This document shows, piece after piece, positions 49,853 to 60,342 of a stretch of DNA of 64,000 nucleotides (position 1 is the first letter of the stretch; every line of letters starts with the position of its first letter). The stretch is from a virus (Duplodnaviria > Caudoviricetes), in the IMG/VR virus record IMGVR_UViG_3300012940_000024, positions 19,838 through 83,837 of that record; one strand, written 5' to 3'. The notes under the pieces were generated by a model. It was not told the DNA's origin and searched no databases. It worked only from the letters and a program-made list of their open reading frames with translations. Both the position numbers and the translations under genes were made by a program.

Positions 49853-50305
49853 GTAAATAAACGTAGCGACTAGTTTTCCCTTATCAATCAATAAGGTTTT
49901 TGTGTCCAAACAGTTATTAAGTTGTCCGTATCTCTTTAAGCGGTCTGCGAAAAGGCTGGTTGTAATGGTGCAACCTTCTTGCATACGATTGGATCGGGTT
50001 TACCTAGTATGGAGTGATAAGCGATAGACACACTCACAAAATCGAGTCCTACCTAACCATTTACAGTTTATCTGTAATTGACGCACTTGTTTCCTAACGG
50101 ACATTCTCTAATCAGAGAATGGCGATGGGGTGGATGTTCGGGCATTGGCGAAAAATCTCGCTAAGTGTATAGACAGGAATAACAGTTTATTCCGATTGGC
50201 TCTATAACACTAGTGACAAAGTAACCAATGCTAGGAAGAATCAAACACCAATGGGAATTTTTTACGATTCAAGTATCTAATTGATTGGATATTTGAATGG
50301 GAAAA
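49853..50305 (+). ncRNA. Candidate structured non-coding RNA (~450 nt), family unassigned
   Basis: No ORF, GC-richer than surroundings, many perfect stems (for example CATTCTCT/AGAGAATG, GGAATAA/TTATTCC, TTACAG/CTGTAA). Preceded by tandem promoters and ends in a hairpin. Confidence 0.5.
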
Positions 50306-50371
50306 AATACAATTGACTTAAACTTAAATATGCGTTAATATTAAAATATCAAAGCAAAGGGGAAATCGAAA

Positions 50372-51028
50372 ATGGAAATGAATAAAATCCTAGAAAATAT
50401 TGAATATCTCGAAAAATCTATCGCTGATTGGAAGAAAGAAATTGAGGAATGTATTCAAGAGGGTGTAAAACAGGAAATCATTGACGAAAATATGGAACAC
50501 GTTCAAATGCTTATTAAATCACTTGAAAAGTTTACTCAAATGAAAAATGAAGCAGATAAACCTGCAATTAAAGTGAATATGACTGTAAAAGTGGAATTAA
50601 AAAACACTGAAATCATTGGGGTAGTCACTAAAATTTCAGACAATGATTTATTCTATCTTGTGGATGAAAATGGGGATCAGTACAAATTTTATACAGATAT
50701 TAACAAAGTTACTATCATTGAGGAAGGGGCATTTTCTAACAGGGAAAATGTAGAAGTAGTGAATCCATATGATATTAAGTTCTATAATAAAGCTTACCTT
50801 GTAAGTCTACACAACTATGATCAGCATTTCTTTGGAGTCTATGCAAACTGTGAAGGGGATGCATTAGATATGGTAGTGGATCATTTGGACAAAATTGGAA
50901 ATGATTCCTATTTCTATACTTTACATGATGCTATGGAGTACAAAAGGGATGGAGACAGTTTCATAACAGCAGGAAACTTCAGTAGATGGTTAGACTGTGA
51001 ACACATCTATATCATGGAAGTGGAATAA
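50372..51028 (+). CDS. Hypothetical early protein
   Basis: Own promoter and RBS. Confidence 0.75.
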   Translation: MEMNKILENIEYLEKSIADWKKEIEECIQEGVKQEIIDENMEHVQMLIKSLEKFTQMKNEADKPAIKVNMTVKVELKNTEIIGVVTKISDNDLFYLVDENGDQYKFYTDINKVTIIEEGAFSNRENVEVVNPYDIKFYNKAYLVSLHNYDQHFFGVYANCEGDALDMVVDHLDKIGNDSYFYTLHDAMEYKRDGDSFITAGNFSRWLDCEHIYIMEVE

Positions 51029-51080
51029 GTGGATAAGTATCAATCAATGCTAAAAAATGCGTTGACTGACTGCTAAATAT

Positions 51081-51377
51081 GTGTTAATCTTAATTTATCA
51101 ACTGAAAGGGGTAATTGGAATGGAGAAAAAATCTGATAGAGTTTACTTAGAATCAACGTATGGAAAGTTTTACAAAAAGGCATTGGAGTCTGAAAGAAAA
51201 GGTGATATTCAGCTATTTATAAATTGCTATAATTTACTAATGGATGCAATCGCTGAATATGAAGCGTTTGAAGTGAATAACATTCTGAACAAAAAAGCTT
51301 TTCATGATATGTTTTTGAAAGAGTGTGACTATTTAAGATACTTGAAAAATTCAATTGTTGAAAGAAATATGTTATAG
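51081..51377 (+). CDS. Hypothetical early protein (likely start ATG 51120)
   Basis: AAAGGGG RBS before MEKKSDR. Confidence 0.7.
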   Translation: MLILIYQLKGVIGMEKKSDRVYLESTYGKFYKKALESERKGDIQLFINCYNLLMDAIAEYEAFEVNNILNKKAFHDMFLKECDYLRYLKNSIVERNML

Positions 51378-51639
51378 GAGGAATATGGAAATGTATCTAT
51401 TATCTGATAAAATCACTCAAGAATTGGCTCATGAATTATATGATATGGTAAAATGTGGAATCAGCTTTGAATATGCTGAGGATCATATCTGCCAACTAGT
51501 GCTAAACAACTATGATGGTGAAATTTGGGAATTAGTGGATAGTGAGGAAAATACGGATAGCTTGGATTACTACGACTATGCTAATGAGATTGTCAATGAA
51601 ATATCAGTGTTAGCAAAAAATTATCTTAGAGATGAATAA
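51355..51639 (+). CDS. Acidic hypothetical early protein (likely start ~51385)
   Basis: GGAGG RBS inside the track ORF. Confidence 0.7.
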   Translation: MLKEICYRRNMEMYLLSDKITQELAHELYDMVKCGISFEYAEDHICQLVLNNYDGEIWELVDSEENTDSLDYYDYANEIVNEISVLAKNYLRDE

Positions 51640-51736
51640 ATTTCTAATTGACATATAACTAAATATGTGCTATGATTAATTCAGTTGGTAGCAAAGGGAT
51701 TGAATTAATCATAGCAAGAAAAAGGAGCATGGGATC

Positions 51737-51964
51737 ATGGCTGAAATTAAAATTGGTTCAAAGGTAAAATTTAACATTGACGAATTTAAAATCGAAAGAT
51801 GGTGGGATATTACAGAAGATCAAAAACAGTATATCATCTATAATCAAGATAAGATTTTTACAGTGACAATGGAAGATCCAAAATTTGGAGGGCATTTTAG
51901 GATAGACGATCCATTTTTGGCAGATATGCCATTCTTAGACAGGCAATTAATTCCGGTAAAATAA
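51737..51964 (+). CDS. Hypothetical early protein
   Basis: Own promoter and AAAGGAG RBS. Confidence 0.75.
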   Translation: MAEIKIGSKVKFNIDEFKIERWWDITEDQKQYIIYNQDKIFTVTMEDPKFGGHFRIDDPFLADMPFLDRQLIPVK

Positions 51965-52050
51965 TCCGTTTACAAATAACTAAATATGTGCTAATATTAA
52001 ATTGTAGCAAACAACCGATAAAAATCTAACAAGCAAAGGAGAAAACTATC

Positions 52051-52536
52051 ATGACTAAATTTTTCAAAGGAATCACAACTTTTAGGGAATTAAAGGATAC
52101 TTATCGTAAACTTGCTAGGGAATTACATCCTGATATTGAAGGCGGTAACGCTGAATTATTCAAGGCTATGAAAGAAGAGTATGATCGCCTTTTCCAAAAA
52201 ATGAAGGATGGAAAATTTGATACAGAAGCCGAACGGAAAACTCACACAAATGTAAGCTTTGATTATCAAACTGTGATTGATAAATTAATCTTTGTTGACG
52301 GTGCGGAAATTGAAATGATTGGAAACTGGATATGGGTTTGGGGAATCAAAGCGAAAGAAAAGGAAAAACATGCTGTATTAAAATCATTGGGCATGGTATA
52401 TTCAAAGTCGAAAAATGGATGGTATTTAAAAGGCACTGAAAGCAAGTGGCGAAAAAATATGACTAAGGATGAAATGAGAAATGTTTTTGGATCAACAATT
52501 ATTGGCAAAGGTGGAAAGCCTTTGTTAGAGGAATAA
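52051..52536 (+). CDS. J-domain (DnaJ-like) protein
   Basis: ELKDTYRKLARELHPDIEGGNAELFKAMKEEYDRL with the HPD motif. Confidence 0.85.
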   Translation: MTKFFKGITTFRELKDTYRKLARELHPDIEGGNAELFKAMKEEYDRLFQKMKDGKFDTEAERKTHTNVSFDYQTVIDKLIFVDGAEIEMIGNWIWVWGIKAKEKEKHAVLKSLGMVYSKSKNGWYLKGTESKWRKNMTKDEMRNVFGSTIIGKGGKPLLEE

Positions 52537-52720
52537 AACACTTTACAAATATCTAAATATGTGTTAATATAAAATTATAGAAAGGAGGTGATTTTTTAAT
52601 TCCGTAAATTTTTTAGACTTGAATTAATTGAATACGATTGGCAATTGATTCAAGTCTAAAAAATTTATTTACTAATAACATGATATGTGTTAACGTTAAA
52701 TTGGCGAAGGGGAATGTAAA

Positions 52721-53077
52721 ATGTATAGAACAATCGATCAGATGGTAGAGGATCAATTAAACGATTACTTGAATGAAGAGGAATTTATGGATACTTGGGA
52801 TTCTTCAATGGATAGCTTTATCCTTGTAGATGAAGAGGAATTTGAGTTGACAGATGAAGATTTAAAAATATTGGCAATGGATAATCTTAGAAATCGTTTA
52901 TGCAATGAATACGTTGACTTATTAGCAATGGAAGATGCTGGAATTAAATTCACTGAAAGACAGCAAAAAAAATATGATAGACTCCTTATGTACTTTTTGA
53001 AAATTCCAATGAAAAAAATGGAAGAATGGATCAATAGTCCAGTTAATAGCTATTTCCAAATGAAAGGAGAAAAATAA
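52721..53077 (+). CDS. Acidic hypothetical early protein
   Basis: Own promoter and RBS. Confidence 0.75.
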   Translation: MYRTIDQMVEDQLNDYLNEEEFMDTWDSSMDSFILVDEEEFELTDEDLKILAMDNLRNRLCNEYVDLLAMEDAGIKFTERQQKKYDRLLMYFLKIPMKKMEEWINSPVNSYFQMKGEK

Positions 53078-53196
53078 TTAGTACGTTTCTATTATGAGGA
53101 TTAATTTCCTCTTTTTGGAAATAAGTAAAATTACTTTACAAAAAATTAAATATGCTTTAATATTAAATTACACCAATTAGCAAAGGAGTTTTTACA

Positions 53197-53544
53197 ATGA
53201 AAGCATTGCCTATTTCTGTTTATACTAATCCACGTTATAAAGGATGTTCTAACAATGGTATTTCTGAGAAATATGATGAATTATTATTAATTTGTGAAGA
53301 AGGTTATATAGATATTGACGAAAATGATCCGCCTGAAAATTTAGTTAAATTGGTGAAAAGAAAATTATTCGGTGGAATATATATGCATATTGAGCCTTAT
53401 AAAAAAGCACAAGGAGTCGGTTATATGTCTGGCGGTAGTCTAGGATATTCATCTGATTCAAGATTTAGAAGAATGTCACAATATCCGTTATCTATTCACG
53501 ATAGACAGGAATCACAGGATGAATATGATCGATATGGCAGATAA
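53197..53544 (+). CDS. Conserved phage hypothetical protein
   Basis: Own promoter, AGCAAAGGAG RBS, GCSNNGISEKYDELLL motif. Confidence 0.75.
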   Translation: MKALPISVYTNPRYKGCSNNGISEKYDELLLICEEGYIDIDENDPPENLVKLVKRKLFGGIYMHIEPYKKAQGVGYMSGGSLGYSSDSRFRRMSQYPLSIHDRQESQDEYDRYGR

Positions 53545-53845
53545 ATTTGGAATGGAAAATATCGTGCATGACAATAGAGTTTAGAGATATAATTCGTGGT
53601 GAAAAAATAAAAAAGTTATTGCAAAAATCTTCATAAAATGTTATTATATAAGTGTAGCAAAGCTATTGTGATGTGACAACGTAACCTAAGCATGTTCGGT
53701 AAACTGCTTTTTATATACTTGAATCAGTACAAAGCAAAGGATATTGATTCAAGTATATAAATCGAAAACAAATTTTAAAAAGCGTTGACAAGTAACTAAA
53801 TATGCGTTATAATGAATTTAACAAATAGCGAAGGGGATCGGAACT

Positions 53846-55057
53846 ATGAATAATATCAATGAGTATTTAATACATGAAAGTAACTTTCCAGCATTTGAGG
53901 AAAAAGTTGAAAAGCTGAATAAAAAAGCAATAAAATTAAATTTTCCGGCTATCACATTTGAAATTCTAGAAACAGTTGTCAATATTGATGAAAAGACTAA
54001 ACGAGCTGAAAATTTCTTTAAAATCATTCTGAATGGAGAATCACCGAAATTAAACGGATGGAAATTTATTGCTAGGCTGGAAACAATCAAAGAACAGAAA
54101 CACAATCTAGTATTTGTCATTCCGAATGAAAATATACCATTGGCATATAGAGAATCAGGAAGTCAATGCCAGCATTGCAATTCAAAGCGTTATAGAAAAT
54201 ATACTTATGTGTTAATGAATGAAAACGGAGAATACAAACAGGTTGGAAGTAGTTGTTTGAAAGACTTTCTAGGGCATACAGACCCTCACAATTACGCTAA
54301 ATATTTAGAGTGGATGGAACAACTGACAGTATGTGCAAAAGAAGGGGAAACAGTAGATAGAGGTAGCATTTCTAGTCATGATTGTAAATATGAATTAGAT
54401 TATTTTGTCTATTACGTTGCTGAATATATAAAACAAACAGGCTATTTTCTAAGTAAATCAAAAGCAGAACAATTAGAAAGATCTTCAACTGGGGATCTTG
54501 TATGGAATGAAATGTTTAACCGTATGATGAAACAAAATGATAAAATTGTTCAATCAATTTCAGATGAAAGTATAGAACTAGCAAACAAAGCAATTGAATG
54601 GGCAAAAGAATTAGGAAACAAAGAAAAATTAAATGATTATCAACACAATTTATATTTATCATGTATGACTAATTTAGTGGATTATCGATCAAAAGGAATA
54701 GTTGCTAGTCTTATCACGGCTTATCAATACGATTTGGAATTAATCAAAAAGAAAGAAGTGGAAAAACAAGAAAAAAGTTCAAGTCAATATTTCGGCACAA
54801 TTGGAGAAAGAGAAATATTTACATTGACAGTCGTTAAAAAATCACATATAGAATCGTATTATGGATCAAGTATTCTTCATGTATTTGAAGATGAAAATGG
54901 AAATATAGCTACATGGTTTAGTTCAAATAAAGAATTTGAAGAAGGTGAAACAGTAACGATTAAAGCGACTGTAAAAGAACATAAAGAATATAGAGATCAA
55001 AAGCAAACAATCTTAACACGTTGTACAGAAGTAAAAAAGTCGAAAAAAGTTAGTTAA
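53846..55057 (+). CDS. Phage protein with a Cys-rich Zn site and a C-terminal OB-fold-like domain
   Basis: CQHCNSKRYRK...VGSSCLKDF, and YFGTIGER...FEDENGNIATWFSS...TIKATVKEHKEY..QKQTILTR. Confidence 0.75.
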   Translation: MNNINEYLIHESNFPAFEEKVEKLNKKAIKLNFPAITFEILETVVNIDEKTKRAENFFKIILNGESPKLNGWKFIARLETIKEQKHNLVFVIPNENIPLAYRESGSQCQHCNSKRYRKYTYVLMNENGEYKQVGSSCLKDFLGHTDPHNYAKYLEWMEQLTVCAKEGETVDRGSISSHDCKYELDYFVYYVAEYIKQTGYFLSKSKAEQLERSSTGDLVWNEMFNRMMKQNDKIVQSISDESIELANKAIEWAKELGNKEKLNDYQHNLYLSCMTNLVDYRSKGIVASLITAYQYDLELIKKKEVEKQEKSSSQYFGTIGEREIFTLTVVKKSHIESYYGSSILHVFEDENGNIATWFSSNKEFEEGETVTIKATVKEHKEYRDQKQTILTRCTEVKKSKKVS

Positions 55058-55130
55058 ATTTTAGGAGGAAATTTTTCCTCCTAAAAGATATTGACTAATA
55101 ACTAAATATGTGATATGATTAATTTATCAG

Positions 55131-55439
55131 TTGATGGAGGGAATAAAAATGTATTTCAAAACTATGATTAAAAAGATTTCGAATGAAATTATCGAAAAGG
55201 AAAGTAAAATATATGAACAATTAGGAGTAAAAATAAATTTTAATTTAGAAACTTTATATAAATATGAGGATCTTCTTATGACTTGTACGCAATCCAGCAA
55301 TTTTAACAAGTTATTTGAAATTCACAGGAAAGATTTAGAAAAAGAGAATAAAGGAGCAGATGAATATATTTTAAAATTTTATTTCATATGTGATTATGTT
55401 ATAGCGTTTATCGAATGGGAAGGATATGATTTTAATTAA
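55131..55439 (+). CDS. Hypothetical early protein
   Basis: Own promoter and GGAGG RBS (start probably at MYFKTM). Confidence 0.7.
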   Translation: MMEGIKMYFKTMIKKISNEIIEKESKIYEQLGVKINFNLETLYKYEDLLMTCTQSSNFNKLFEIHRKDLEKENKGADEYILKFYFICDYVIAFIEWEGYDFN

Positions 55440-55597
55440 TTTGTAAAGAGGATTTTTCCTCTTTACAAATAACTAAATAAAGTTTATAATAAATTTATAA
55501 ACAGTAAGGAGATAATAATATAAATAACAGTAATTGGAATGAAAATAAGTTAACAGTATATGCATACAATTGGCTATTACTGGAATATGGAATAGAG

Positions 55598-55996
55598 TTG
55601 AATATCCCTATTCGAATCTCTAAAAGATTAAAAAGGACTTTAGGTTATTTCAAACATACAGTGAATAATCCTTTAGAAATACAGTTAAGTTATAATTTAT
55701 TAAATTATCAAAGTGAAGATGTAATAATAGATGTATTTAAACACGAATTAATTCATTATCTTTGTTTCATAACCGGAAAACAATACAAAGATGGATCAAG
55801 TGATTTTGAAAATGAATTAAAAAGGCAAGGTGTTTCAAGTACCCATACACATTCATACAAAGGGAAAGGGCATGAGTATGTTTGCACTTGCTGTAATAAT
55901 ACAATCAAAACAAGAAGAAAAGGATTAGATAAGAAGTATGTTTGTAGCAAAGGGAAAGGAAAATTTATCTATAAAGGCGAAACAATTATAGCATAA
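55598..55996 (+). CDS. SprT-like zinc metalloprotease domain protein
   Basis: HELIHY (HExxH) followed by CTCC and CSK. The start may lie upstream. Confidence 0.75.
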   Translation: MNIPIRISKRLKRTLGYFKHTVNNPLEIQLSYNLLNYQSEDVIIDVFKHELIHYLCFITGKQYKDGSSDFENELKRQGVSSTHTHSYKGKGHEYVCTCCNNTIKTRRKGLDKKYVCSKGKGKFIYKGETIIA

Positions 55997-56001
55997 TTTG
56001 T

Positions 56002-56379
56002 TTGACAGATAACAAAATATGTGTTAAGATAAAAAATATCAATCAGAAGGAGATTAAAGCAATGTTAAAATTCAAGTATAACGGAATCAAATTAGATGGA
56101 AAACTTTATAAAGGTTGGTATTCTAAGGGAAATTATCGTAAAGATTCAAATATTCCAGATGGTACAATCACAATTTATGCTAAGGATTATGAAGATTTTC
56201 CAAAAATTGAAGGATTGAATATTGTAAATAATTCTGATTCAATGATAGATTATTTCGAAAAAGATCGTATAAGAGTAGAACCAACGAATCAGTATTATCT
56301 ATCAGTTTATAAAGCATGGAAGAAACAGGAAGAAAAAAAGCAGCGCACAATCGAAAAGAGAAATGCAAAATATAATTAA
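56002..56379 (+). CDS. Conserved hypothetical early protein (likely start ATG ~56062, MLKFKYNG)
   Basis: The track start coincides with a -35 box. AAGGAG RBS precedes the internal ATG. Confidence 0.7.
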   Translation: MTDNKICVKIKNINQKEIKAMLKFKYNGIKLDGKLYKGWYSKGNYRKDSNIPDGTITIYAKDYEDFPKIEGLNIVNNSDSMIDYFEKDRIRVEPTNQYYLSVYKAWKKQEEKKQRTIEKRNAKYN

Positions 56380-56458
56380 AAAGTTATTGCAAATTACTTT
56401 TTAAAATGTTATACTTAAAACAGTTAAAGCAAGGAAAACACAAAGGAGAGTATAAAAA

Positions 56459-56935
56459 ATGGAACAAATTATATTTGATACTGAAATTGTTACAGAAAAT
56501 AAAATTGAAATTGCTAATGAACATACTTGTTTTGCAAGAATGGAAAGAAAAAATTATCCGAATATAAAAGAACTGGAAAAAGAAATTAAAGCACTAAGGA
56601 AGGAACTAAAAAATAGAAACGTATCATTAGGAAAAACAGATACATTAAAAATTCTAAAAGAAAGTGTAGAAGAATATAATTTAGCAGTAAAGGATTATCA
56701 CGATACATTCAATCAGTATTTAGTTGCATGGGCAAATAAATTGCACATTGGGTTATATGTAGGATATGGAAGTGATGAATATTATAAAGAGATTATTCTT
56801 CCATTGGATTTTAAATTACAAAGATTTAATCATAGAAATACCATTCTTTCTAAAATTTCAGAAATTCAGTATAGAGTAAACAGATTCAAGGAAGAATTAA
56901 GAACTGGGGCAGAATATGAAAAAGTTTGGATTTAA
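56459..56935 (+). CDS. Hypothetical early protein
   Basis: Class B promoter and AAAGGAG RBS. Confidence 0.75.
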   Translation: MEQIIFDTEIVTENKIEIANEHTCFARMERKNYPNIKELEKEIKALRKELKNRNVSLGKTDTLKILKESVEEYNLAVKDYHDTFNQYLVAWANKLHIGLYVGYGSDEYYKEIILPLDFKLQRFNHRNTILSKISEIQYRVNRFKEELRTGAEYEKVWI

Positions 56936-56970
56936 TAAATTGTTGACAAATAACTAAATATGTTATATAA

Positions 56971-57465
56971 TTGAATTATCAATTAGCAAAGGAGATTCTT
57001 ACAATGTTACAAACGTATCCCCGAATCAATTATGAAGGTTTACAAAAAAGGATAGATGCTGTGATGGATAAATTAATAGTCGTTGCCCAAAAAAATTCAA
57101 ATTCCTTAGAAGAATTTAAAAAAACAAAAACATATCGAAAGCTTTTCAAAAAAATAAGAAAAGCACAATATATCAAAAAAAATTATTTTAACTTTCAATT
57201 CAAAGAAAATAAAAGAGAATTTAAATATTTAATTAATCATTTTTACGTGGAATACGATTATGATTATTGGAAAAATGTATTTGTATTTAATACAACAAAT
57301 ATAGATCTAGTCAGATATGAATTAGAAAGATTAGATATTGAATTAAATGGCAGTAATTGGACTAGTGAATATGATTGTACAGGAAAATCGTTCTACCAGC
57401 CTTGTAAATATTATCGACTATCAGATCGAATTATAGTAACACAATCCGGTGCATTGGATGTTTAA
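56971..57465 (+). CDS. Hypothetical early protein (likely start ATG ~57003)
   Basis: AGCAAAGGAG RBS before MLQTYP. Confidence 0.7.
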   Translation: MNYQLAKEILTMLQTYPRINYEGLQKRIDAVMDKLIVVAQKNSNSLEEFKKTKTYRKLFKKIRKAQYIKKNYFNFQFKENKREFKYLINHFYVEYDYDYWKNVFVFNTTNIDLVRYELERLDIELNGSNWTSEYDCTGKSFYQPCKYYRLSDRIIVTQSGALDV

Positions 57466-57565
57466 TATATCCAATGCTTACCAAAAATAAAATTCAAAAA
57501 GTTATTGCTAAATACTTTTAGAACTGATATACTTTAATTAAGATAAAACAAAGGAGATTAAAACC

Positions 57566-58048
57566 ATGACTACAACAAATATGGATTTTGTAATTACTAA
57601 AGATGATAAAAAAATTCTGAAAAATGCTGATAGTATAGTCTTTTTATACAGGGCTGGCAATTCAAGAATTAAATGCAACAAAACAGTTGAAGTTAAAGGA
57701 TATAAAACAGATGTGACTGAAAGTATTCACGTTGAATCAAGAACACTTGCTTATAACGAAAATGAACAAATTCGTGAAGTTATTGAAGGAAGTTATACTA
57801 TTAATTTTGCAAAAAGCGATCTTGAATGGCAGTCCATATTAAAAAATATTAAAGTCAATGATAAAATTATTCTTGAATGGGTAGCTGGAAACTCCAATAA
57901 TATAATGAAAAAACATAATTTAGTTGAAGATGTTTTGTATATGAAAATTAAAAGAAATGATAAAGTTGAGTTATCCTTTAACATTGGCAATTTAATTACT
58001 GAAAGAAATTCGATAGCTAGAATGATTCAAACAGTAATGGTATTGTAA
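57566..58048 (+). CDS. Hypothetical early protein
   Basis: Class B promoter and RBS. Confidence 0.75.
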   Translation: MTTTNMDFVITKDDKKILKNADSIVFLYRAGNSRIKCNKTVEVKGYKTDVTESIHVESRTLAYNENEQIREVIEGSYTINFAKSDLEWQSILKNIKVNDKIILEWVAGNSNNIMKKHNLVEDVLYMKIKRNDKVELSFNIGNLITERNSIARMIQTVMVL

Positions 58049-58116
58049 AGAAGAATTTATTTCTCTTTACAAATAACTAAATAATGTTTAATATTAAAAT
58101 GTAAAGAAAAGGAGTT

Positions 58117-58320
58117 TTGATTTTGAAAAAAGAATTAATTCTTGGATGGGTAGTAATTATATTTTTTACACTTGCAGTTTTGGGAAGTTGTGCTAATTCA
58201 AGTCCTAGATCCACAGTAAATAATGATTGGGATGCTGATGGAGATGCCTTTGATAGAGATGATTATAATAAGTTTATTGAGTACAGAACAAATAAACAAA
58301 TTTCTAATCGTGGTTGGTAA
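58117..58320 (+). CDS. Small putative lipoprotein
   Basis: Hydrophobic N-terminus ending LAVLGS-C. TTG start after AAGGAG. Confidence 0.6.
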   Translation: MILKKELILGWVVIIFFTLAVLGSCANSSPRSTVNNDWDADGDAFDRDDYNKFIEYRTNKQISNRGW

Positions 58321-58493
58321 AAAAATAAGTAACAAGATATGTTTTATGATTAAAATATCTTAACAAAGGAGCATTTCATATGAGTACATAGCTTATAAAA
58401 GAAAATGAATATATGATGATTTATGGAAAAAGAATTTACCGCCTACTGTAAAAGCTTATCTGAACGATTATCAAATAAAGGAGAATAATTATA

Positions 58494-58925
58494 ATGAATA
58501 TACTATTGTATACATTTAAAGAAAGGCTTGCTTATGTTAGTTCAATAAAAGAAGATCTTGCAGATGGATTAATCAAGAAGGAAGAATTAACAGATGAATA
58601 TCTAAAAAATTTAAATGAAGAGATTAAAAGGAATATTTTTCGGAATATCCAAAAATATGTTAAGTTTAATTTATATAATTCAGATGGCAGTTTTTATAAA
58701 TCAATGTTAGGAAATGGAAAGGATATTGATTATAGTGATCTTTTTGAAATTTATAAGCGACTATACGAATGTCATCATGAATCACAAACATTTCAATTAG
58801 AATTAATTGATAATATTATCAAAATTGAAATTAACTATCATGTATATCAGGAACATAATTTAACTTCTCTACTGATGAAATATATAGGTAAAGATTGGCA
58901 ATTAACTATCAGTGACTTTGAATAA
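58494..58925 (+). CDS. Hypothetical early protein
   Basis: AAGGAG RBS. Confidence 0.7.
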   Translation: MNILLYTFKERLAYVSSIKEDLADGLIKKEELTDEYLKNLNEEIKRNIFRNIQKYVKFNLYNSDGSFYKSMLGNGKDIDYSDLFEIYKRLYECHHESQTFQLELIDNIIKIEINYHVYQEHNLTSLLMKYIGKDWQLTISDFE

Positions 58926-58989
58926 GTCGCTGATAGTGTATAAATTATAATCAATGTAACATTCTAAGAACAAAAAGGAGTTAATTAGA

Positions 58990-59427
58990 ATGTTTGAATC
59001 AAGGGAAGGAAAGCAGTTAAAAAATGGTATGCTTGTAGGAGTTCATTTCAATTCAACGAGAAAAGATTATTCAGTCTTAGAAATGAAATCATTACGCACC
59101 GCCGGAAAAGTAATAGGATATGTGAAAAAAGGTGTACTGTTAAACGGTTATCCATTGATATTAAATTCGAGTCAAAAAAAAGTTAAAGCAACCAAACAAA
59201 AAAATAGACATGCTTTTTTGGTTGGTTATTGGCATGGATTTAATATTGATGCTGATAATATAACAGGACAATTGTATTACAATCCTCATAAAGTAGAATG
59301 TTTTGTTGATTATGATTTATACAATGAAAAAGGAATTATAAAAGAAATTGAATCATGTTATCAATTTCATTTAGATTTAATTCATAATGAAAATATAATC
59401 AAGCCAATTGTCAAATATATTTTATAA
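58990..59427 (+). CDS. Conserved phage hypothetical protein
   Basis: AAAGGAG RBS, KNRHAFLVG and YYNPHK motifs. Confidence 0.75.
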   Translation: MFESREGKQLKNGMLVGVHFNSTRKDYSVLEMKSLRTAGKVIGYVKKGVLLNGYPLILNSSQKKVKATKQKNRHAFLVGYWHGFNIDADNITGQLYYNPHKVECFVDYDLYNEKGIIKEIESCYQFHLDLIHNENIIKPIVKYIL

Positions 59428-59492
59428 AAGATTTGACAGGTAACTAAATATGTTTTATAATTAAATTATATTGAAGCAAAGGAGTAACAACA

Positions 59493-59810
59493 ATGAAAGC
59501 AATAGCAGATCGTTTATTACATGGGGAAACAGTTTTAATGGATGAAGTAAAGTATTCCAAACTTATTAAATATCTCGAAAATGAAATAGATGATCTTATT
59601 TATAAGAAGTTTCAATATTTAACAAGCGACTTAAATAAAGAGTATTCATTGGGCACTATCCAATATTATAATGTATATCTTAAAAAACGGATCTCTATTT
59701 GTTCTTGTTGTAATCATAAAAATAAATTTACATCTGATATGATATATCAAGATGTAACAGGAAAATTTATTGTGTGTGATAAGTGTAAAAGTTTTATATG
59801 TATTGAATAA
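59493..59810 (+). CDS. Hypothetical protein with CxxC-like Zn motifs
   Basis: CSCC and CDKC. Own promoter. Confidence 0.7.
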   Translation: MKAIADRLLHGETVLMDEVKYSKLIKYLENEIDDLIYKKFQYLTSDLNKEYSLGTIQYYNVYLKKRISICSCCNHKNKFTSDMIYQDVTGKFIVCDKCKSFICIE

Positions 59811-59888
59811 AATTAAATAACCAAATATGTTTGACAATTAAATTTAAACATGTTATACTTTAAATAACAAAGCAAAGGAGAGGTAAAA

Positions 59889-60248
59889 ATGGGTTTTAAA
59901 ATTACTAGGGATTATGTTAAAGATGAAGGTGAAAAAGGCTGTGTTGGTCTTGAATCAGTTAGACAAAGAGGGATAAATGCATTTTTTTTAACTGAGAAGG
60001 AACAGGAGCAAGCTGAATATCATGGAGGAAAAATTAAAGTAAGATTAAGGGATGAAGATAATAATATTCATTTTCATGCTGTGGTAGATGATGAAGATTT
60101 TTCCTGTGAATTGTTATTAAGATGGGGTGGAACATATAGCGGTGCTACTGATTTAGATTTATATAAAGAAGATTGGGATCGATTAACAAATAATCGTGAA
60201 CATCCATATGTTAGCAAAGATGGAAAATGGGTTTATTATATGGGATAA
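59889..60248 (+). CDS. Hypothetical early protein
   Basis: Own promoter and AGCAAAGGAG RBS. Confidence 0.75.
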   Translation: MGFKITRDYVKDEGEKGCVGLESVRQRGINAFFLTEKEQEQAEYHGGKIKVRLRDEDNNIHFHAVVDDEDFSCELLLRWGGTYSGATDLDLYKEDWDRLTNNREHPYVSKDGKWVYYMG

Positions 60249-60342
60249 TAAAGAAAGATAATCCTTCTTGGATTATCTTTCTAAAATCAAATAACTAAAT
60301 ATTGTTGACAAATAAGGTGATACGATTTATAATTAAAGTATC

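Noticed and set aside
49853-50305. tRNA, tmRNA or group I intron identity for the structured tract
   Set aside because: No cloverleaf/T-loop, tag reading frame or P7 core was recognised. It is kept only as an unassigned ncRNA candidate.
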